From Octopus sinensis (lineage: Eukaryota), in the NCBI RefSeq assembly GCF_006345805.1, contig NC_043007.1, positions 75,206,001-75,270,000 of the forward strand: a stretch of DNA of 64,000 nucleotides. Reading direction: 5' to 3'. A model generated the notes under the pieces. It searched no databases and was not told the origin of the DNA. It saw only the letters and a program-made list of their open reading frames with translations. This document shows positions 55,001 to 64,000 of the stretch, piece by piece. The translations under genes were made by a program, and so were the position numbers. Numbering within the stretch: position 1 is the stretch's first letter; every line of letters starts with the position of its first letter.

Positions 55001-56504
55001 TGTATACTCAAGACAATTTCTACTGTCCAGTGAAAAGTACACGGAATTACTCATAGGAAGAATTTACAGAATGACTCACAACTAAAAGTAGACACAGATA
55101 CTGATCGTTGTGGTTAGCCGTTAACTGGAACCTAACTGAGAGCTCATACTCAATTTTATACACACACACACACCACACACACACATGCATATTAATACAT
55201 GTGTGTGTATGGTGTATATGACAAATTATGAGATTGATATTTATTTAAATGAACTCCTTCACTACAGTATTTCCTATTATTTATTTAACATATGCTCTCT
55301 TCCATTACACATTCACTTCTTTCTTTATTTTTAATTTTTTTAAACTTTAACGTTATTCTCATCTCAGAATATTTTTGTTCCTCTCTTGTAATCTTGTCAT
55401 ATGACTAATTAGATTCAAATGTCTTCTGCAAGAGTTTATTCTTGTTTACTTCTTACTAATCATTGCCTGACGTTCTAGTGTGTGTGTGTGTGTATGTGTG
55501 TGTGCATGTGTGTGCAGTTGCGTGTTTGTTGTGATGAATTTTCATGTAGTAGTGCAAGCATACTTGTGTGTGTGTAGTTGTGAGTTTTTCCTGTAGTTGT
55601 GCAAGTGTACTTGTATGTTTATTTATATTTGTATATATATGTACTTATGCGTGTATGTGTGTGTGTGTGTGTGGTGTGTGTGCTTAAGAATGTGTTTGCT
55701 CTGTGTCTCAAATTAGCAAATAGTTTAACACCTTTACAGTACCCCTCTCCCACTCCCCACTCTCTAATCTGTTGCCTTTGCCCTGACAGTGGTTGACTAT
55801 TAAAACTGCTACATCAGTCACTGGGTATGACATTCTCCTCTACTATCTCATTTACTATGGTGGGTGACCATCCCATATCTCTCACTCTGCCTGAGTATCT
55901 TAGCAGTAATCAGTAATTAGACATGACCATACTGAGGCACCACCTTGAAGAATTTTTAATCAAATGAATGAACTTCAGTAGTACTTTTTTTTAAAGCCTG
56001 GTAACTATCAGTTTCTTTTGCTGAAACGCTAAGTTATGGAGATGAAAGTACACCAATGTCAAGTGGTGGTGGTGGTGGACACAGACACACACACACACAG
56101 AACGGGCTTCTTTCAGTTTCTGTCTACCAAATCCATTCACAAAGCTTTGTCCAGACCAAGGTCAAAGCAGAAAACACTTGCTTGGGCACAGTGGTACTGA
56201 ACCTGGAACCATGTGACTGGAAAGCAAGCTTCTTACCACACAGTCATGTCTGCTCCATACACACTTTCCCAAACATCTTCATTTTCTCTCACCCTTTGCT
56301 TTGCAATCTGAAATACCCCATGCCTCTAATCCTTGTCTTGACCTCGACAGAATTTGAACTCAGAATGTAACGTTTCTGCCAGCTCGCCACCTTCACTCTC
56401 TTTCTAGCTTAGACCATACCTCAGCCATAGCTTAGTTTCTTCACAAACAAATTCCCTGTTGTGTCTCTACATTGTTTTTTGTTCTCTATCTCTTCCTCTA
56501 TCTC

Positions 56505-56572
<68 letters not shown>

Positions 56573-57046
56573 TAATTCATGTCTCTTAACCTGTTGCTGA
56601 TTGTTTACTCTTTCAAGTTCCATGCTCTCATTCTTTCAGGTAGCTTTCTGTCTTTGTGTCCATCTCCTCTTACTCTAGAATCACTCACCATCCATTCATG
56701 TTAGGTAGTGTTGGTATTGGGAGCAGAGTTCGACTTAGCATTCACAACATTAAGTCAGTATCTAGTGTGTGTGTGTGTATTTTATGTAGCTGTCGGTTAT
56801 GGTTGGTCAGAAAATCACCATAACTAATGACTACATAAAATATTACTGCTCAAAAACAAATTTTTTTTAGAGTAGGCTTTTGTTTACGATCGATATACAG
56901 ACAGACGGATACTCCCATCTTATGATGGTATAAAAAACAACTTTCAGGAACAATAGTGGTTTATTGGCTTAGAAGGTTGTTTTTCCTGTATTGAGTTTGA
57001 TAAACTGAAAAAAAAATTGGTTTATGGTTAGCAGCAGTGATTGCTA

Positions 57047-57947
57047 CAGGGTGCGATGAGCAAATTGTTACCATTTTATATTTTTAGTTTCACGCTTGCA
57101 CATTGCTTGTTTTTGTTGACTACCCAGTATAGTAGGGCCAGTTAGGCACCATCTGTGAGAAAAAACAGCAACATAACACAATTCAGTCTGGCAGAAATTT
57201 GGAAATGACATGCTTGGCAGTCATGCTGGAAGCTCTGATACGAACATTGCAGAGTGTTTGGGTGTCAATCTGAAGACAGTGCAGTCAGAGGACATGTACT
57301 GAGAGTGATAAAAATCAAACATCCAGTCAACAGCATGGTGTTTGGAGTGATGACTAGTAATTGGGACGTTATGCCTCTATTCATCTTTCCACACAGCCTC
57401 AGAGGCCAACATCAAGTGCCAGAAGGAGGTAGTGCTGCCCTGGCTCAAGGGGGTGGCTACTGGAAGACCCTATGTCTGGCAACCGGACTCTGCACCATGC
57501 CACTGAAACAGGAGAACCCAGTCAAGGCTGTCAAACAATTTCTGCGACCACATCACCCCTAACATCTGGCCACCTAACTCCCCAGACTGCAACCCCTTGA
57601 TTATTACGTGTGGGCACAGTTGAGCAGGAGACAAACAAAATTCCTTGTAACACCAAAATGAACTGAAGGCAAGAATTATGGCAGCATTCACCAACTTCAA
57701 CAAGGAGACTGTCCAGAAGAGTTGTGGGAGATTCCAGAGTTGTCTAGAGGCTGTGGTTGAAGCCAATGGCGATTTTATGGAATAAATTTACTCTTTAATA
57801 TTTCAAGTAATTTTTATGTAATTTAGTATTTAGTATTTAGTATTTCAAGTATTTTTATGTAATTTTGTTAAATATATGTTAAAATGAGATGTCACTGTTA
57901 TTTTCATTTTTGCATAATTTAGACAACAGTTTATTCACCACACACTG
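57047..57947 (+). mobile_element. Internally deleted DD37D (maT/mori-type) Tc1/mariner-superfamily element with both TIRs
   Basis: TA|cagggtgcgatgagcaaattg...cagtttattcaccacacactg|TA. WQPDSAPCH...WPPNSPDCNP(L)DY gives 37 residues between the 2nd and 3rd D after repairing a 1-nt deletion. Confidence 0.82.
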
Positions 57948-58043
57948 TATATGTGTGTGTCACTATAAACAAATCATCTGTGTGGTTGTTTGGTATAAAA
58001 TTGTCGAACCCTCATATGTTGGCTAATGACAGGAGAATCCTCC

Positions 58044-58074
<31 letters not shown>

Positions 58075-61000
58075 TACGTTTTATTTATATACCAAATATA
58101 TATGTTTTATTTATTATTTTGCACATTACTTAATCATCATTATATGTTTTATCTTATATTTAATCTTTCTATATGTAGTTTTTCTAAATGGTATAAGTTA
58201 ATTTAATTTTTCATTATTGAATTGATAAAAGGTGGGTTTTTTCATATTTGTGAAATTTGATTTAGTATTTCTAAATTGAATTTTCTCCTGTAAGTTTGGA
58301 TTAATATTCCCTCATATTATTATTATTGATGATGATGATGATATATATTTATTTATTTATTTATATACTATTACATATATATACCTCTGTATATATTTAT
58401 GGTCTTTTGAGTTTCTTTTATGTATAATATCATCATCATCATCCTTTTATATCTGCTTCTCATGCTGACATAGATTTGATGGTTTGACAGGATCTAACAA
58501 GTCTGAGAACCATGTTCTACTCTAATGTCTTAGTTTTGGCATGGTTTCTATGGCTGGGTGCCGTTTGTAATGCCAACCACTTTACACTGTGTACTGGATG
58601 CCTTTTTTGTTGTTGTTGTTGTATTAACACTAGTGAGGTCATCTTGCAACTGGCAAAAATAAAAAAAAAATGAAAGGATCCCAAACCTGAGAGGAGAATG
58701 GGAGAGAGGGTGATGATTGTAGTCAGGGTGATGTAAGAAGGTCAAGTATGAAAAGAGGAACAGATTTATAGTTGTGAGAGGGTGGTGGTAGGGGGGGGGA
58801 GTAACTGTGAAGGGGAATGTTGGGTTTGGGGGTAATATGGAAGAGACAGGTTTTAAAGGGAGAGGGAAGTAGTTTTAGGGATTGGTGAGAAAGAGAGGAC
58901 TAAAGTGCTGAGTGTGATGTGGGTTGTGTTGGAGCGGGGGGGGGGGGTTTATTTAGTATCCCACTTCATAAGGATGAGCATTGGTGGGAGAGTGTGAGGG
59001 GAAGGGAACATGAAAGAGGAAAGTGGATGAGGGTATTGAGGGTCTGGAGAGAGTCATTGAAAGAAAGAGATGTGTCAGCTGGGACGATGTAAGCCAGGGA
59101 GAGAGAGAGAGAGAAAAATGAGAAGCTAAGGAAGGGTACCATCCAATCATGGAAAATTTTCTTCAATGACTTATGTGTAACCCATGCACAGCATAAAAAG
59201 GCTGATGATGATGAGGAGGAGGAGTGTGTGTGTGTGGAAGTGACCCCTATCATGCTTCGTGTCTTCCCTCTTTCCCTTTCCAACCCATCTTCATTCACCA
59301 TTCCACGTTCCCTAGCAACCTGTCACTCCCACCCGTGAACATCTCTCTTCCCTATTCTTGTCCTTACTGCTGCACCAGCCCCTTTTCCTTTTTAACTCTA
59401 ATAAGGGACTGACTCTTTCCATAGCTTCTCTAGCAATCTCGGCTCCTTCCTCCAGCGTTTCCTCTCTGAGTTGATTTACATTGGGCAAACTGACCACTGA
59501 CCATTCAATAGGTTCACAGATCATCTGAGACATCTGACTTGGTAATGAGTTGCCTATTCATTGCCATTTCCATTCAGCAGAATTTTGGTTTAAGCACCCC
59601 ATAAAACCCCTCATACCTTTTCTGTTTTTGGAATTTTCTGAAGATTTTTGCAAATTTGTGTTCTACACACATGAATCCATATGACTATTAAAAAGAATTT
59701 TTGGTGGGTATGATATAAGGGCGATTTAGCTATTGTTTTTAGCATCTCCTATGACCATCTGATACTGTCCTCATTTCTTTGCCACTGACATGTATTGATG
59801 TTTTTCAGTAATTCTCTCCTCATAAACACTTTTGATGGAATGATGACACACCAAGGGTGGTCCGTTGTGGAGATTTAAGCAAAAAATTCAAACTGCATAT
59901 TTTAAATGCTGATTAAAAAAAAATTTTAAAAGATTGGAAATTTTAGGATTTATGGGAGGTGGTAAGGGTTTAGGCAATTAAAAACAAATTTCTTTTTTTT
60001 TTCATAATTGTATGAATTCCTGCCTATAGACCACATATTTGCAAAGATTTTCTGAAAATTCCACCTTCCATTTCACTAACCATTTCACCCAGCACCTCTC
60101 TGTCTTTGATTTGGCCACCAGCACCTCATCTCTTAGCTCACACTTTAACAGGAACAGGAGCACATCTTTCAAAAGTCTAAAAGTTAGGCATGAACATGGC
60201 TGTGGCATGGTTTTGAGTTCAGTCCCACTGAGTTATACCTTGGGCAAGTGTCTTTTACTATAGTCTTGGGTCAACCAATGAGTGAATTTGGTAGATGGAA
60301 ACTGTGTGGAAGCCCATCATATATATACATGTGTGTGTGCATGTGTGTGCTTTTGTGTCTGCTTGACAACTAATGCTGGTTTATTTACATTTCTGTAACT
60401 TAGCAGTTCAGCAAAAGAGAGCAATAGAATAAGTACCAGACTTAAAATAAAAATTAAGTATTGGGGTTGATTTTGTTTGACCAAAACTTATCAAGGGTCT
60501 CCCCTAGCATGGCCACAGTCCAACGATTGAAACAAGTAAGAGAAGATGCCTTTCAGTTTGAATCCTTAACCCCTACCTAACCCACAGCTTCCTCCTACTC
60601 CAGCCTCATCCACCTCCACCTCATCTTCCCTTCTTTCTACAAGCCAGCCTGCTATTTTACCTTATTTTCTCAGACCCTTTTTGCCCCACCCATCTTAAAA
60701 TTTTATCATCCTTTTGGACTTTTTATCGCATTTTGGAATGTTTGGAATTTTACCATCTCAAACTGTTTCAGGATCTTTTATCATACATTGAGAATTTCCA
60801 GTTTGTTGAACTTCTCTCTTTCTCTTTCTCTATCTACATCTCTCTCTCTTTTTCCCTCTCTTTCTCTCCCTCCCTCTCTCTCTCTATCTTGTTTTCTCCC
60901 TCTCAATATATATATATGTATATATATAATATATATATATATATATAGCCACTGGCCTAATAAAATATCTTTGCTCCAAAATGCTAGTTTTACATATACA

Positions 61001-61479
61001 CCCCCCCATACGCACACAATGAACCCCCATTTACCTTGCACCCACCACTTCAAACCCTCTTCATACCCTTAGTCTCACCCACATACACACACACAGACAC
61101 ACACTCATAATACAGCTTTACATACATGTGTTCACACCACCCATCTAACACCCACATACACACTGGCATCCACAGCCGCTAAACCAATGCCATCAAATTC
61201 ACACATCCCTACACACCTTTGTACACATTCACACATCCCACCAATATACACTCCTATGCTATTGCCTCTCATGCCCTTCTTCACCTCTTGACCCCACCCC
61301 CTTTCTTCCCTTCCCCTTACTTTTGTTCCCTTTCCCCACTACCAAAAAATATGCTTTTTTATTATTTTTTTAGGACCAATTTTTGATATTTTTTCTGAGG
61401 GCCACTGCTTCTTCTTCTCCCTCTTCTTCTCTTTCTCTTTTTTGCTTCTGATGAAGAACTCATTTTTGAAACATATTTA

Positions 61480-61743
61480 CATTATTTACACTTCACGGAT
61501 ATTTGTCCTCATCTTGTTGTTAACACATTTCGGTTGATATACCCTCCAGCCTTCATCAGGTGTCTTGGGGAAATTTTGAACCTGGGTTCTCATTCCTAAG
61601 GTATTTTTTTATGTTGTTGTTGTTGTTATTATTATTATTATTATTATTTATTATTATTATTATTATTATTAAGGTCACTGCCCGGAATCGAACTCAGAAT
61701 CTTGGAGTTAGTAGCCCACACTCTTAACCACTACACCATATGC
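61480..61743 (-). mobile_element. tRNA-headed SINE with (AAT)n linker and hammerhead-ribozyme-like 3' part
   Basis: A box TGGTGTAGTGG, B box GTTCGATTCC, then CTGATGA-GGCTG/CAACC stem-GAAA. Confidence 0.65.
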
Positions 61744-62646
61744 TTCTCAGCTGTTGAATGAGTGCCATATTCCTCATACCTTGATCTTTCTCAATTGTTC
61801 TTTCTCTTTGTTTTTTTTTACTTTACACTACACACACACACACACACACTCATCATCATCATCATCATCATCACAATCATTTTAGATCTGATTATCATTT
61901 TTCCGTGCTGACATCAATTGGAGTGTTTGACAGGATTCAACAAGTTAATGTTCCTTCTTGAGCCATGTCAGGCTCATAAGGGCCGGTTTCTCGGTTTCAG
62001 TGGCATAGAAATTCCACACCTGGACAGGACGCCAGTCCGTCGCAGGATTACTCATTTTTGCCAGCTGAGTGGACTGGAGCAATGTGAAATAAAGTGTTTT
62101 GCTCAAGAACACAACGCATCAACCAGTCTAGGAATCAAAACCACAATCTTACGATTATGAGTTCAACACCCTAACCACTAAGCCATGCCCCTCCACAAGT
62201 TGGAAGACCATATCTGTTTCAATGCTGTTTTTCACAGCTCATTGCTTTTCCTAACACTCATCACTTTACAAAGTGTACTGAGTAGTTTTTATGGCACCAA
62301 TTCTGTTGGTAGTCACCTTGCAGCTTGCATAACAAAGAAAAAAATATTACCCCCCCCCCCCCCGTGATGGTGGGAACAGATTTATTGTGAGAGGATGGAA
62401 ATGGAGAGAATAATTGAGGGAACAGTTCAGGGTGGGAGTAAGGGAGACAGGAAAACAGGGAAGGGAAGGGAAGAGTAATATTAGGGAGGGGGACAAGGTA
62501 GTGATGATAATGGAGTGGGTTGAGTAGGTGAACCCAGTGTTGAGGTTGAACGGTCTGCCATACCAGAATGGGTTGGCTAGTTAACAAGGGTCTAAGTTGT
62601 GTCAGTTTATTTTTGAGAGGGGATGATAGCAGAGTGACTAATAGAG

Positions 62647-62876
62647 GCGGCGAGCTGGCAGAAACGTTAGCGCGCTGGGCAAAAGGCTTAGCGGTATTTC
62701 GTTTGTCGCTATGTTCTGAGTTCAAATTCCGCCGAGGTCGATTTTGCCTTTCATCCATTTGGGGTCGGTTAAATAAGTACCAGTTACGCACTGGGGTCGA
62801 TATAATCGACTTAATCCATTTGTCTGTCCTTGTTTGTCCCCTCTGTGTGTAGCCCCTTGTGGGCAGTAAAGAAATA
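62647..62876 (+). mobile_element. SINE family 1 with 16-bp TSD
   Basis: agagtgact(a/c)atagag at 62631-62646 and 62877-62892. Confidence 0.88.
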
Positions 62877-64000
62877 AGAGTGACTCATAGAGACAGTGCT
62901 AGGAAAGAAGAAAGAAGTGAGGGTGATAAATGATATTAGGTGGGGATAAAGAGTGATGGGACAGTGGGAAGGGTTGAATTGGAGGAGATGCAGCACTACT
63001 CCACATTATAGATAGGTGTGTAGGAGATACAAGATGTGTGTGGTGGAGATATAAGATGATAATGAGGCACCAGGGTGTATCCTCAAAGTAACATATCGAA
63101 GATAGTATTGTAACTGGAGAATTGAGGGGCAAGGGTAAGGTTGCCAAAGTGTAATCCCTGAATTATGATACCCAAGTATCGTGATTCAGGAGGAAAGAAG
63201 AATATACACAGAGAAGGATTAAGGAAGGGAAATATACAATACTCACAAATTTGGTAGTTTCTTCTCATTTGTGGGCAACATGGCCATGCCTGGAACTTGT
63301 AAGCTGAAGAGACGATTGCTAAATGAGCAGTACATCATAGACCTAGTGGTTAGATGATGAAGTTACAGAATTAGTAATAGACAGTGGCATGCTTACACAA
63401 AACAATAAGTAAGGTGTAGTATGCACACTATCACACTATTCCAAGAAGTGTTTAACCATGTTTCATTAACCAATACTCTCTTCTGTTATCTCCTTATTAT
63501 TCTTTATTATATTATAACAGAAAGACTCATAATTTCCATATTCCGTGTTGTCATCATCATCATCATCATCATCATCATCGTTTAATGTCTGCTTTCCATG
63601 CTAGCATGGGTTGGACAGTTTGACTGAGGGCCGGTGAATCAGATGGCTGCACCAGGCTCCAGTCTTGATCTGGCAGAGTTTCTACAGCCGTATGCCATTC
63701 CTAATGCCAACCACTCCGAGAGTGTAGTGGATGTTTTTATCTGCCACAATCACGGGGGTGGGGGGGGAGTCTGGCGCTCGAATCTTTTTATGCCACTGGC
63801 ACAGGTGCCAGTAGGCGATGCTAGTAATGATCCCGCTCGAATGGTGCCTCTTACACGCCACTGGCACGGAAGCCAGTTAGCCGCTCTGGCAACAATCATG
63901 CTCGAATTGTGCTCTTAGCACACTACTAGCACAGGACACAAGGCTGTATGCTTCCATTTTTACATCTGCCAATCTAAGCTTGTTCTCTCTGAAATATATT

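Noticed and set aside
61448-61475. CTGATGA...GAAAC on the + strand as a functional hammerhead
   Set aside because: No pairable stem II or stem I; at most a decayed relic
61671-61743. tRNA gene
   Set aside because: No paired acceptor stem and it runs into a SINE body; the same applies to the tRNA-like heads at about 47930-47997 and 30100-30170

Overview
AT-rich eukaryotic (animal) genomic DNA. The repeat landscape (RTE tails ending in (GAT)n, tRNA-derived SINEs, dense TA/CA microsatellites) suggests an octopus or other coleoid cephalopod; the species call is inference. Two real genes lie on the + strand. (1) The last ten coding exons of the bifunctional glutamyl-prolyl-tRNA synthetase EPRS (ProRS half, 2806-15751): all have GT-AG borders, splice into one open frame ending LFGRSY*, and are followed by an AATAAA at 15910. 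(2) The first coding exon of a TRIM9/TRIM67 E3 ligase (39723-40550; RING plus two B-boxes), whose next intron runs past the window end. Nearly all other ORFs in the track are microsatellite or repeat artefacts. The rest is transposon-derived: a dense cluster of Helitrons in a TA-derived array (20.4-30 kb, with a PIF1 helicase relic, a head-to-head palindromic pair and a 165-bp internal satellite), four Tc1/mariner relics including a DD37D element, RTE LINE fragments with many 5'-truncated tails, piggyBac-type MITEs and several SINE families. Best leads: a tRNA-headed SINE carrying a hammerhead-ribozyme motif (with other hammerhead relics), the Helitron train, a 28-bp-stem pre-miRNA-like hairpin in an EPRS intron, a 260-bp palindrome upstream of TRIM9, and inverted repeat pairs in EPRS introns that could be ADAR substrates. 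All coordinates were read by eye; repeat edges are approximate.
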